Notes: a model not told the origin generated them from the sequence alone. DNA of 64,000 nucleotides from Veleropilina oligotropha (GCA_048128005.1 JBEUKZ010000054.1:744001-808000); one strand, 5' to 3'; shown: positions 23,255 to 32,575, counted from the first letter of the stretch. A program made the numbers and translations.

Positions 23255-24556
23255 ATGACTAGCGTATACGGACGCAAGCTTAATCCATACCGCAGGCTGC
23301 GTGAGCCCCTCGCAGTCAAGGGCATCCGCCAGTCGGTCACGATTACAAACAATCCATCAACGATTGCCCCGAACCAGCAGCTCCTGGTTCGGTTCCCTAA
23401 TCTCGGGGCGAATGACGTGATCGTTCCAGGGACTGCCCACCTCGCATTTACCATCTCTCTGACCTCGGTAAATGCGAATAGGACTGTAGTACAAAATATC
23501 GGCCGTGCCGTGATCAGAAAGACTACGATAAAGATAAGTGGAAACGAGATCATGTCGATTGACGACTCCGACGTGTACCACTGCTACTGCGATCTCTGGA
23601 AGACCACCGGGGAGCGCAAGAACGCCCAGTACCAGGGGATTGATACCAGCGATGGGCACAACACTACGAAGCATCGTGTTGGTGCGGCAGACGCCTTTAG
23701 ACTGTCTGAGGATGTCGCGGTCGCGGCCGCGTACGGTAACCGATTCCGCATCCCGCTGGATTTCGAGCTGTTGGAAAGTCACATGCCATTCTATCAAAGC
23801 GCCCTTGGAGACCGTCTCGAGTATGAGCTAACGTTCAACGACTACTCCCGGACTATCCGGGAGACGGACGACTCCGGTTCCAGCTATTCCATCGACAATA
23901 TATCCCTCGAATATGACATGGTAACCCAATCCGAGCTTGCCAGACGGATTCGAAATCAATACCAGGGTCAACTCGTAATCCTGTACGACCGTGTTCTCCG
24001 GCATCGGAAGCTCACCCTAGACAAGAGCGACTCGTTGTGGAATATGAATGTGAACGTACCGGCGAGGTCGATGAAAGGAATACTACTGTTGTTCGAGGAC
24101 CCTGCGAGAGACGCCGCGCCATTCTCTCGCGATACTGAGGCCTTCTATAATCCGAAGATCACAAAGGTCGAGGTCACAATCGAGGGTGTCCCGAATCAAA
24201 TCTACAGCCAGGGCATGCGAACATACCAGATCTGGGAAGAAGCCAAGAAAATGTTCGCCTCCGGCTGCAGCAAGCGGCATCCTGAGGTCGCGATGGTCGC
24301 AAAGGACTTGGAGATGGCAGACGTCACCCTGGGCGAATTTCTGACTAAGAAATTTGCGCTCTGGATCGATATGCGGGTAACTGACGACGATCAGTTGCAC
24401 GGGTCAGGCCGGAGGGTCGAGAACGCCAGCGAAGGCATTACTATTCAGATCACTAAAACAGCCGAAGCGGCCGGTCCACTGAACGTCTACGAGTTCGTGA
24501 TCATGGACGCACAGCTGAATATCGAGAATGGCCGATTCGTCGAAGCACTGTACTAA
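23255..24556 (+). CDS. Major capsid protein (double jelly roll; 433 aa from ATG 23255)
   Basis: Beta-strand-rich protein of MCP size with FRIPLDF, LEYELTF and ISLEYDMV motifs. Lies directly upstream of the packaging ATPase and has a gccATG start context. Confidence 0.82.
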   Translation: MTSVYGRKLNPYRRLREPLAVKGIRQSVTITNNPSTIAPNQQLLVRFPNLGANDVIVPGTAHLAFTISLTSVNANRTVVQNIGRAVIRKTTIKISGNEIMSIDDSDVYHCYCDLWKTTGERKNAQYQGIDTSDGHNTTKHRVGAADAFRLSEDVAVAAAYGNRFRIPLDFELLESHMPFYQSALGDRLEYELTFNDYSRTIRETDDSGSSYSIDNISLEYDMVTQSELARRIRNQYQGQLVILYDRVLRHRKLTLDKSDSLWNMNVNVPARSMKGILLLFEDPARDAAPFSRDTEAFYNPKITKVEVTIEGVPNQIYSQGMRTYQIWEEAKKMFASGCSKRHPEVAMVAKDLEMADVTLGEFLTKKFALWIDMRVTDDDQLHGSGRRVENASEGITIQITKTAEAAGPLNVYEFVIMDAQLNIENGRFVEALY

Positions 24557-25160
24557 ACGATTTCCGCACACCAAGGACCCCCACTCCGCAATCATCTGCG
24601 GCCAGACGGGCTGTGGGAAGACGGTTTTCATGCTTGAACTGCTGGAAGGGGAGTATCGAGGCGTCTTCCGGCATATCGTGGTCCTCTGCCCCACGATCAA
24701 GTACAACAAAGCATACCAGTCTTGTCCGTGGATCTGGACCGACCCTGAGGTGTATTTAGTCCCCCCGGGTGAGCGACTCCATGACTGGCTGCGGGGGTTC
24801 TACCGACTGTTTCGGGGGGAATCAACTTTATATATCATCGACGACTGCGCCGCGAGCAAGGCTATGGCAAAGAGGAGGGACATGCTGACTTTGTTGGCCT
24901 TCAGCGGCAGGCATGCTTCCCAGAGCGTATGGGTAGTGACGCAAAAGTACAACTCGGTCTTGAAGGAGCTCAGAGAGCAGACCCGCTGGGTCGCGCTGTT
25001 CCATTGCAAGGACCGCGACAGTTTCGAGGACTGTCTGCGCGAGAACGATGTAATCCCGTCGCAGGATGAACGGACCGCGGTTCGCCGGCTGTTGTCCGAG
25101 ACACGACACGCTAAGCTTCTGTTGAAAACTGATCAGCCCGTTGCTTATAGTGTGCTTTAG
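24528..25160 (+). CDS. A32/FtsK-HerA family genome-packaging ATPase
   Basis: Walker A GQTGCGKT, Walker B YIIDD, GRH motif and VVTQ motif. Confidence 0.92.
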   Translation: MADSSKHCTKRFPHTKDPHSAIICGQTGCGKTVFMLELLEGEYRGVFRHIVVLCPTIKYNKAYQSCPWIWTDPEVYLVPPGERLHDWLRGFYRLFRGESTLYIIDDCAASKAMAKRRDMLTLLAFSGRHASQSVWVVTQKYNSVLKELREQTRWVALFHCKDRDSFEDCLRENDVIPSQDERTAVRRLLSETRHAKLLLKTDQPVAYSVL

Positions 25161-25213
25161 CAGCTACTTGGCTAGCCCTAACATCTACTTAGCAGCTACT
25201 TAGCTAGCTAGGC

Positions 25214-25975
25214 ATGTCGGACGCGGTATACATAGCTTTTGCTTTCAGCCAGGGCCTGATCTTGTTGCTACTCGTAACGTTGTGGTATTGGCATTATCGC
25301 TATATTAGACTGGCGAGGAGATGTTGGAAACGCTTAAGGATGGACAGCCTCATCGATCAACTCATGGATGACGAGGAAGAAATGACCGTGAGCAGCAGCT
25401 CACCCCGCTCGACGACCAAACGCTGCTCGCAGCACGAGGAACCTGAAACTGGCTCCATAGGGATGACAAAGAAACGGGAGAGGCTTGCAGCATTAGCCGT
25501 TGGAGGACAGGCCCACCGATACATGGGGCGTAACCTCACAGTGGACCGGATAGACGACATGACTGACGACGAGGTCGAAAAGCACCACGCGAGGTATGAA
25601 GCGAAACTCGGTGCTGACATGACGAAGACCCTCGGGGCCGCTGCTATACAGCTGTATGCGGGTGCAGCTGGGATGTTCCTGCCCATTCCACCAGCAAACC
25701 AGCTACGACTGATCGCCGACCTGGAGGCCGACCCGTTCATCTCACATGCCCTGACCACTGCAAGCTGTGAGCTGTATTATAAATATGGCATGTACCTCGC
25801 ACCGCTGACCGCAGCGTTGACCACGGCTAAGCACTGCCAATTTGGACATGTTTGCCCGCCTAAGATACCAGATCAAGATGACAACGCCGGAAGTGGACCA
25901 AGTGATCGAGAGACAGCCGATCGAGAGCCAGCCGATAGAGAGGGTGACTTCTTCGACGGACTCATCAGTGAGTAA
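25214..25975 (+). CDS. Viral hypothetical protein (253 aa; may start at the internal Met of MDSLIDQL)
   Basis: Intact ORF in the co-oriented cluster, with an N-terminal hydrophobic helix. Confidence 0.7.
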   Translation: MSDAVYIAFAFSQGLILLLLVTLWYWHYRYIRLARRCWKRLRMDSLIDQLMDDEEEMTVSSSSPRSTTKRCSQHEEPETGSIGMTKKRERLAALAVGGQAHRYMGRNLTVDRIDDMTDDEVEKHHARYEAKLGADMTKTLGAAAIQLYAGAAGMFLPIPPANQLRLIADLEADPFISHALTTASCELYYKYGMYLAPLTAALTTAKHCQFGHVCPPKIPDQDDNAGSGPSDRETADREPADREGDFFDGLISE

Positions 25976-26369
25976 AAAGGACCCGAAAAAAGTGGCTGCA
26001 GGTCGGGCCGGCGCTGCTGCTCGAAAAGCCAAGCAGGAGAAGCTACTGGCCGCGGTTCGAAAAATGAAAGAAGACCTGAGTGCCCCAACAAGTGTTGTCG
26101 TTCCATCAGAACAGCCCGGGGAGGCGGTTCCAGCCGCAGAAAGACCGTGTGCGCCAGATACACGGAAATCGGACCCATTTAATTGGACCCAGGTAGCCGT
26201 CGCTGCCGGTACGGTTGCGTTGGTATTTGTTGTCTGGAAGACGTCCTCAGAACGCAGCAACCCTGGTCCATCCACACCACATCAACAGCCACCAGACGCG
26301 GACGCTCGATGCTCTCGGGCCGCCCCCACTATCGAATTGAAGAAGCAGAACCCTTTTCATATGCAATAG
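25878..26369 (+). CDS. Viral basic/membrane protein (163 aa from ATG 25878)
   Basis: Basic helix KKDPKKVAAGRAGAAARKAK and hydrophobic segment VAVAAGTVALVFVVW. Confidence 0.7.
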   Translation: MTTPEVDQVIERQPIESQPIERVTSSTDSSVSKKDPKKVAAGRAGAAARKAKQEKLLAAVRKMKEDLSAPTSVVVPSEQPGEAVPAAERPCAPDTRKSDPFNWTQVAVAAGTVALVFVVWKTSSERSNPGPSTPHQQPPDADARCSRAAPTIELKKQNPFHMQ

Positions 26370-26405
26370 TCGCAAACGGTAGCATTTCTATAGTACTCAA
26401 CAGTT

Positions 26406-26645
26406 ATGACTACCCCAATCACTGATGGAAAGATGCTCGGCAACGCTGTATACCACGCCGCTATAGTGTCAGGCCTCGCCATAGGCTACGCACGCCTGAC
26501 AAAGATGGTATTCAAGGGAGCGAGCCCCAAACTGGACTTCACGGGGTACGATGTCGGGATGGTCGTCCTCGACGTATCGCTCGCCATGGCGACGAAAGAC
26601 ATGCTGATCAAGCAAGGCATCATTCCGGCCGATATATTGAAGTAG
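26406..26645 (+). CDS. Small hydrophobic viral protein (79 aa)
   Basis: ATG ORF in the cluster with two moderately hydrophobic helices. Confidence 0.72.
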   Translation: MTTPITDGKMLGNAVYHAAIVSGLAIGYARLTKMVFKGASPKLDFTGYDVGMVVLDVSLAMATKDMLIKQGIIPADILK

Positions 26646-26676
26646 TGGGACCTTGCTAGATAATCGCAGCATTTCA

Positions 26677-27105
26677 ATGGCTTCCATTGCGATGCTGGTT
26701 GGGGGCGCTCTCGTCAACGCCCTCGCCTTCAGCGGCTCCAACTTCCTCTTCTCGAAGCTACGCAGCTCCGGTGTCGATGCAGAGCGTAAACGCCACGACA
26801 TTGCTGTAGAACAGCTCAACGCTGCTCAGACTAAATGGTCACAACAGAGGGCAGAGCGTCTCGACTGGCTGAACGTTGAACTTCGCCGCCAGGGTCATGC
26901 CGTTGGCACATTCCGGGATGTTGACGCCGCGATCCGTGAGTATGCATTGATCACCGGCAAGAACCTTGACCCCGACCTGGGGGGTGGCCCTGAGCCCGCC
27001 CTGTCTGACTACTACACACCGAGCGATGCCCAGAAGGGACGTGAGATCACCTTCATCATCCTGGGGATGGCTGCGACCGGGTTGGTCGCCTACAAGCTCG
27101 CCTAA
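26677..27105 (+). CDS. Small viral membrane protein (142 aa from ATG 26677)
   Basis: Hydrophobic N-terminus (MASIAMLVGGALVNALAF), central coiled coil and C-terminal transmembrane segment. Confidence 0.78.
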   Translation: MASIAMLVGGALVNALAFSGSNFLFSKLRSSGVDAERKRHDIAVEQLNAAQTKWSQQRAERLDWLNVELRRQGHAVGTFRDVDAAIREYALITGKNLDPDLGGGPEPALSDYYTPSDAQKGREITFIILGMAATGLVAYKLA

Positions 27106-27146
27106 TTATTTCCAGTGGACATTTTTTTCGTGTGCCAGGTATAGTA

Positions 27147-27368
27147 ATGGGGCTCCCAGAAGAGCTGTACTGCGCTATGCTTGCGGTCGGCTATAGTACT
27201 ACGTTACTCGACTGCTGGCGCCGCGACGAAAAGACTATGGTGCGGTTCGCGGTCCTGGTGCTCTCGGGCCCGACCAACCTACGGGCGACCACTGCGCAGC
27301 GACCGGCTCCGGAAGCTGAAGCCTGTTGGAGACTGATCAGTTTACTGGAATACATTGCTGATGGATAG
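27147..27368 (+). CDS. Possible small viral protein (73 aa)
   Basis: ATG ORF that fills the gap and overlaps the integrase start. No motif recognised. Confidence 0.35.
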   Translation: MGLPEELYCAMLAVGYSTTLLDCWRRDEKTMVRFAVLVLSGPTNLRATTAQRPAPEAEACWRLISLLEYIADG

Positions 27369-28359
27369 TAAGCTTGCGAGGATGTACTACAGCCCTAAGG
27401 GCTACTGGAAAGGCATTGCCGCGATAAAGAAACTAGCTGACGCTGCCAAGGCATCTGAAGTGGAGGCCCGGACATGGCTTAAGAGGCAGGCTATATGGCA
27501 GATCTATTTACCTGCGCCACGGCGGATTCCAAGACCAAAATTCGACGTCGTAACGCCAAACGAGGTTCACCAAGCCGACCTCCTGTTTCTCCCCCATGAC
27601 AAGGTCAGACACAAGACCTATAAGTACGCTTTGACTGTGGTTGATGTGGCCAGTCGCTTTAAAGAGGCTGAGCCTCTGGTCACAAAAGAGGCCAAAGGGG
27701 TTGCTGAAGCACTAGCCCGAATCTACAGGCGGAGTCCTCTTGGCTGGCCGAAACTGCTTCAAGTCGATCCAGGGCGAGAGTTTATGGGCGCGGTTTCCCA
27801 GCTGCTGGCAAAGAATAACGTCGAGGTTAGGCGTGGCCGTGTGGATATCCATCGCGATCAGGGCATTGTGGAGCGCTTCAACCGGACGCTCGCTGAGCGG
27901 CTCTTCGGGCACCAGTATGCAACAGAGATGCGGTTTGCAGAGTCTGCGAAAGAGGGTCAAAGGTCAACTGAGTGGGTCGCCCGGTTAGCAGCTGTAGTTG
28001 CGGCCTTGAATGGGGAAGTGACCAGGCTGACCGGTAAAAAGCCCAAGGACGCCATCAAGGCACCTCGCGTTGCCCAAAAGCCAGGCGCCACTGTTCCAGG
28101 CCGACAGGGGAAGGAACAGAAACTCCCCTCTGACGTAGATGTTCGCTACCTTTACTACGATGGTGAGCTGGAGGGGGGTCATCGCCGTGCTACTGACCCG
28201 GTGTGGTCTCTAAAAGTTTACAGGCTTGGACGCTCCGTCACTAAGCCTGACGAGCCTGTGCTCTACTACTTGCTGGATGGACCACCGCGTGGCTTCGTTC
28301 GTGAGGAACTTCTCGTGGTGCCTCGTGATACCCAGCTGCCGCCGGTTCTCAGGCGTTAA
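27361..28359 (+). CDS. Retroviral-type (rve, DDE) integrase of Polinton type
   Basis: HQADLL (D), QVDPGREF (D) and GIVERFNRTL (E). N-terminal YYSPKGY motif. No C-terminal chromodomain evident. Confidence 0.95.
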   Translation: MDSKLARMYYSPKGYWKGIAAIKKLADAAKASEVEARTWLKRQAIWQIYLPAPRRIPRPKFDVVTPNEVHQADLLFLPHDKVRHKTYKYALTVVDVASRFKEAEPLVTKEAKGVAEALARIYRRSPLGWPKLLQVDPGREFMGAVSQLLAKNNVEVRRGRVDIHRDQGIVERFNRTLAERLFGHQYATEMRFAESAKEGQRSTEWVARLAAVVAALNGEVTRLTGKKPKDAIKAPRVAQKPGATVPGRQGKEQKLPSDVDVRYLYYDGELEGGHRRATDPVWSLKVYRLGRSVTKPDEPVLYYLLDGPPRGFVREELLVVPRDTQLPPVLRR

Positions 28360-31300
28360 CAACCGCAAATCCTCGTTTCCGGTTACATTCCAGACACGTT
28401 AAGCGCACGTTGTCGCGGGTGTGGCCCCTGCTGTTGTCCACACGGTCGACACTGAACTGCTGTGTGTCCTTCGGGGAATATGCCCAGAGCAGCTCTATGT
28501 TGCATGCTGCGCAGCGGTTGTTTTGGGCCTCTCTGAGCCGCAGGATGTCGTCGACCTTGAGGTTAAACCCCGGGAGTCCCGTTGCCTGGTCCTGGCGTTT
28601 GTACGCCACAAGCTTTTTCTGGATGGTCTTTCGGAGCTGTTGCTCGGTTTGGGGCCGGGGCTTGTCCTCAGAACCCTCATCCGGTGGACAGGTTACCCGT
28701 TCGAGCTGACGCAGCAGCTCCACCCGGGACACGGCTAGGTAGGCGAGATTACTCCACTGAAGGTAGTCGTCGATGATCCAGACTTTCTGTGGGTCGTGAA
28801 TCGTAAGACCCTGGCTCGAATGGATGGTCAGGGCATAGCCCAGGCGCCAATCCGGGGTCAGGATAGCCCGCTCAGCGGCCTCAATGGTGACCTCGACGAC
28901 GTCGTTCAGAACTAGCTCCTCTCTGTCGCTGGTGCCCGGAATGGTTACCATGATGTTCTGTTTTCTGCTGTCCCTGGGGTGGTACAGGATAGGCACCATG
29001 GAGTCTGGGAAGTGCTCCTTGTGCCTCTGGAGCAACAGCTCTTGAGCCCGTTCGCGGACCTTCTGACGGCTTGTGAGGATTAGGTCGCCTGGCTTCCAGG
29101 TGTTGACGAACCGGTCCCATCCGAGGCAGCTGGGGAGGGTCCGTCGCATCTCGTCGCACTGGACTTTGTCGGGCTGGAGACGGATACGTCTTTTCAGGGC
29201 TTGGAGGGCAGGGTCGTCTTTCGCCCTGTAGTCTACTTCGATCTCTTCATAGTAGTCCGCGGTCTTTCGCAGCCAATCGTGCGGCATCTCGCCCGTAATC
29301 GGTGGTGGCTGGCCTTGATCACCACAGCAGATAACCTGCACTTCGTGGCGGCCCAGCCAGTCCAAGAACATCTCTAGAATAGCCCGGGGAACAGTACAGA
29401 CCTCGTCCCAGATAATGACGCGCGGGATGAACTTCTGACCCATGCGGTCAGGCGTCCAGTCATTCTGGCCGCTCCATCGGAAGAAGCTGTGGTAGGTCTG
29501 GGCTTTGACGCCTCTGGTCCGCATCTCTTTAGCGAGGCGGTGGGTTGGTGTGAACACGACGGGATTCCTTGCCCGAAAGAGCTCGATCGCTCTCGTAGTC
29601 TTGCCACAGCCCCCTCCACCGTTGAGGTAACTCAGGCGATGGTGGGTCAGTGTGTCATTGTAGCATGGCGCGGTGCTCGGCGGGAGGTCCTTCTCGGACT
29701 GCGTGTACTCCGGCTTGGGTAGGTATGCGGCATGTTCCTGTGGCATATACAGCTGTTCGCCCTTGTCACGCCACTGGGCTGGTGCTACTGGCGGAAGGTA
29801 CGGCTCCGCGATCAGACATGAGATGCACGATTGGCTGCGACAGTCACAGAGTCTGGGGGCAACGTACACCGTGACATCGTCGAGCTTCTCCAACGAGGCC
29901 TTCTTGAGGTAGATGCTGTCAGTGGCTACCCGGACAGCTTCTGCTGCACTGAAACGCTGAAGCATGCTCAAGAGGTTTATGTGGGCATAGGCCAACATGG
30001 ACGCCCTCAGGTGGGCGTACTGAGGCTGGGAGCCATCATAGTACGTGAGGATGTGCCCCATAGGGCATCTCTGAGGAGCGCCAACCAGGGTGCCGCTTTG
30101 GCGGGTGTCTCTTACGAGGAAGTCGAGCTCACCCTGGTCGGTCACCAGTCTACGAGTCAATCGCTTTCCGTCAGCTTTGGCGCCTTGGGTGAATTTGCCG
30201 ATGATACTGCAGCCCTGGTCACGATCCGGAGGAAGCCAGACATCGGTCTGCTTTTTGAATGCGATGATGGCTTCTCGGATCTTGAGGCTTTTTAGCAGTC
30301 CAGAGTCTATGAGGAAGGCGAGCAGCGGGGTTGGTGCCCATCCATTCTCTGCAAAGTGCTTCCCGAACCATGCTACAATGACGGGGTGGATGTCTTGTGC
30401 GAACTCCCATTCCACGACCTCGGCAAACCCGGTACCGATTTCTCGGGGTAGAGGACCGTTAATTGCGACCCGGGTCATGCTGTGGGTTGGGTGCCCGAAT
30501 CTTTCGAAATACGGCTTGGCCTCGCCCTGCCCCAGAAAGCTAGCAGGGTAGCAGGCTTTCATATCGATGCAGCAGACATCGCCCGTATCATAGTTCATGG
30601 AATTCCACAGGCCACCATGACCGTGCTCCACGCAGGCCTTCTGGACGTCATCGAGCAGGCTCGCTGGGGTGGGTTTCCAGCCGTTCTTCTCTTTGGCCAT
30701 AATGCTAGCTGCATGGTTCACGCCAAAGGCTCTCTCGGCAAGGGACTCATTCCCCAGCGCTGTACAGGCTTCCTGGAGTCTCTCGTGATCATCTTGTGTC
30801 CTGTACGTGCGACCGTCTTGCAGCACGAACTGGTCCACGCCGAGCTGTCGGTCTTTACCGCCTAGGAGCCAGACAGCCATTGGCTCATTCTGTGTGGCTT
30901 GTCGAATAGCTTCCCAGACATCGCCCTCATACAGGTGGACCTCTCTACTTTGCGGGAAGTGTAGGTCCTTCGACCAGGCGTGGCCGTTGTGACAGATGAG
31001 TTCTACGTTTCTGAATGTATGGTTTCCTTGACCACGGTATTTACCACTGTTGTAGATGTCGGCACCTGCGATGTCTCGCACGATGATCGCCCGTTTCAGT
31101 ATCTTCTCGAGGATGGATATATCATCCACAGTGGCGCCTGTTACGTGGACTCGCTCTTCCCACTCCTGTATTTTCTGCCGCCTGATTGGAGTGAGTCCGT
31201 TTCCTCGCAGGGCACCTTCGAAGTGCTCAACCACTCTCTGGGCAACGCAGTTGAGATCGCCGTTCTTCATTGGAACCAGGTTGGCGGGGTTTGGTTCTCT

Positions 31301-32233
31301 GAGAGGATAGACGCCGTAGACGACTGCAGTAACCGGGTAGGCGTTCTCGTAGTAGGCTTTGTCGACCCCAGTGATAGCACCTGGCTTAGTGTCCTGAGAG
31401 ATCTCAACGACACCCTGGCCCTTCTTCCTCGCAGCCTTCACCGGGTCAAACTTGTCTTCGACCACCCAGTCGCCTTCACCCCACTCCCGCAAGAACTTTA
31501 TCCTCAGGAGAAACTCACCCTTGGGAAGGGCTGTGAGGAGCTGTGCCGCCCTTGCATCTGTCATACGGGCATCCAGGGCCAGCCGTCCAGCCACTTCTAT
31601 CCTCCATGTGGAGAAGGCCGCCGCGGCGCCATCGACCTCAAACTCGTCTTTGGCATCGCTCAAGAGTTCCACCCATGGCTCTTTTGCTGGGAGCCTTACA
31701 GGGGGAGGGACCTGGTCATCCAGGTCGATGAATCGTTGCCCCTCTGTTGTGGTAAACAGCCCTAGTAGATCATTCTGGTAGTCCTGGGCTGTCCGGGGCT
31801 TTTTGGAGAGCGAGGCTAAGTGATCTCTCAGAATATCGGGCCCCTTCTGAGCAATAGCCCCCGCAAGGGTCTCTTTCCGAGACCTAGTCAGACCGTGCAG
31901 GTGTGGCTTGACGATTCGATCCGCGATGTTACGAAGTGGCTTCTGTCGTATCTCGGGCTTTTTCTCAGCCTGGGATTCGTATTTACGAGCCTGCAGGGCG
32001 GCGTCGACCTCGTCCTTAATCTGCCGCAACTCGCGAGCACGTCGGCCTCTTTTGTGGGGGTTCTCCACATCTCCACGTATGGAGGGGAACCTTCCCGTTT
32101 TCATCGCCCGCTCGAGTCTGCTCCGAAACGCCGCAGCACGGACCCTGGCGATTGCCCTGACGAGGTCGTGCTTCTTGAGCTTCGACCGAGCGGGAATCCC
32201 ATAATCTTTCGCTAGATTGCGCAGGTCATCCAT
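28349..32233 (-). CDS. Multidomain replication protein: HeH-like / OTU-like protease / divergent PolB / SF1 helicase / HNH (1294 aa from ATG 32233)
   Basis: PolB-like motifs HGG..IDMKACYP, SIIGKF and VATDSIY. SF1 motifs GGGGCGKTT, WDEV, GDQGQPPP, YALTIHSSQGLT and YLAVSR. C-terminal CAAC..SVDRVDNSRGHTRDNVRLTCLECN. Confidence 0.88.
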   Translation of the reverse strand: MDDLRNLAKDYGIPARSKLKKHDLVRAIARVRAAAFRSRLERAMKTGRFPSIRGDVENPHKRGRRARELRQIKDEVDAALQARKYESQAEKKPEIRQKPLRNIADRIVKPHLHGLTRSRKETLAGAIAQKGPDILRDHLASLSKKPRTAQDYQNDLLGLFTTTEGQRFIDLDDQVPPPVRLPAKEPWVELLSDAKDEFEVDGAAAAFSTWRIEVAGRLALDARMTDARAAQLLTALPKGEFLLRIKFLREWGEGDWVVEDKFDPVKAARKKGQGVVEISQDTKPGAITGVDKAYYENAYPVTAVVYGVYPLREPNPANLVPMKNGDLNCVAQRVVEHFEGALRGNGLTPIRRQKIQEWEERVHVTGATVDDISILEKILKRAIIVRDIAGADIYNSGKYRGQGNHTFRNVELICHNGHAWSKDLHFPQSREVHLYEGDVWEAIRQATQNEPMAVWLLGGKDRQLGVDQFVLQDGRTYRTQDDHERLQEACTALGNESLAERAFGVNHAASIMAKEKNGWKPTPASLLDDVQKACVEHGHGGLWNSMNYDTGDVCCIDMKACYPASFLGQGEAKPYFERFGHPTHSMTRVAINGPLPREIGTGFAEVVEWEFAQDIHPVIVAWFGKHFAENGWAPTPLLAFLIDSGLLKSLKIREAIIAFKKQTDVWLPPDRDQGCSIIGKFTQGAKADGKRLTRRLVTDQGELDFLVRDTRQSGTLVGAPQRCPMGHILTYYDGSQPQYAHLRASMLAYAHINLLSMLQRFSAAEAVRVATDSIYLKKASLEKLDDVTVYVAPRLCDCRSQSCISCLIAEPYLPPVAPAQWRDKGEQLYMPQEHAAYLPKPEYTQSEKDLPPSTAPCYNDTLTHHRLSYLNGGGGCGKTTRAIELFRARNPVVFTPTHRLAKEMRTRGVKAQTYHSFFRWSGQNDWTPDRMGQKFIPRVIIWDEVCTVPRAILEMFLDWLGRHEVQVICCGDQGQPPPITGEMPHDWLRKTADYYEEIEVDYRAKDDPALQALKRRIRLQPDKVQCDEMRRTLPSCLGWDRFVNTWKPGDLILTSRQKVRERAQELLLQRHKEHFPDSMVPILYHPRDSRKQNIMVTIPGTSDREELVLNDVVEVTIEAAERAILTPDWRLGYALTIHSSQGLTIHDPQKVWIIDDYLQWSNLAYLAVSRVELLRQLERVTCPPDEGSEDKPRPQTEQQLRKTIQKKLVAYKRQDQATGLPGFNLKVDDILRLREAQNNRCAACNIELLWAYSPKDTQQFSVDRVDNSRGHTRDNVRLTCLECNRKRGFAVVNA

Positions 32234-32281
32234 GTTGCTGGGGGGGTACACACTAGGATCTTTACCTCTCTAATATGAAAT

Positions 32282-32575
32282 TTACGCGTGGTAAATTGCA
32301 GCCATGCGGAGAAACTCTCTCTCGAAGGCCCTTTTCTTTCGTTGCCAGTCCATACCGTTCTCACTCTTATACCCACAGCCCTTACACAACGTAAGCCGGT
32401 TGAAAACGCCCTTCCCGCATTTGCTGCAGGGTTTTGTGCCCCGGCCATTTCGCCGTTGCCGAGCCAGATGGACTTTGCAATACGTGTTCAGACATCTCTT
32501 ACCACATAGCTCCGTGGAGCTGATGGTGAGCCATTGACAGGTGTCCGTTCCCCACATATTGATAGCGGTTATCAT
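32282..32575 (-). CDS. Small Cys/His zinc-finger protein
   Basis: C-x10-C-x3-C-x4-C-x2-H followed by CxxC-x10-CxxC, and a basic tail. Confidence 0.7.
   Translation of the reverse strand: MITAINMWGTDTCQWLTISSTELCGKRCLNTYCKVHLARQRRNGRGTKPCSKCGKGVFNRLTLCKGCGYKSENGMDWQRKKRAFEREFLRMAAIYHA

Noticed and set aside
28410..32215. Plus-strand ORFs opposite the replicase (e.g. 30980-31765, 261 aa)
   Set aside because: Antisense shadows of a GC-rich coding strand, with no motifs.
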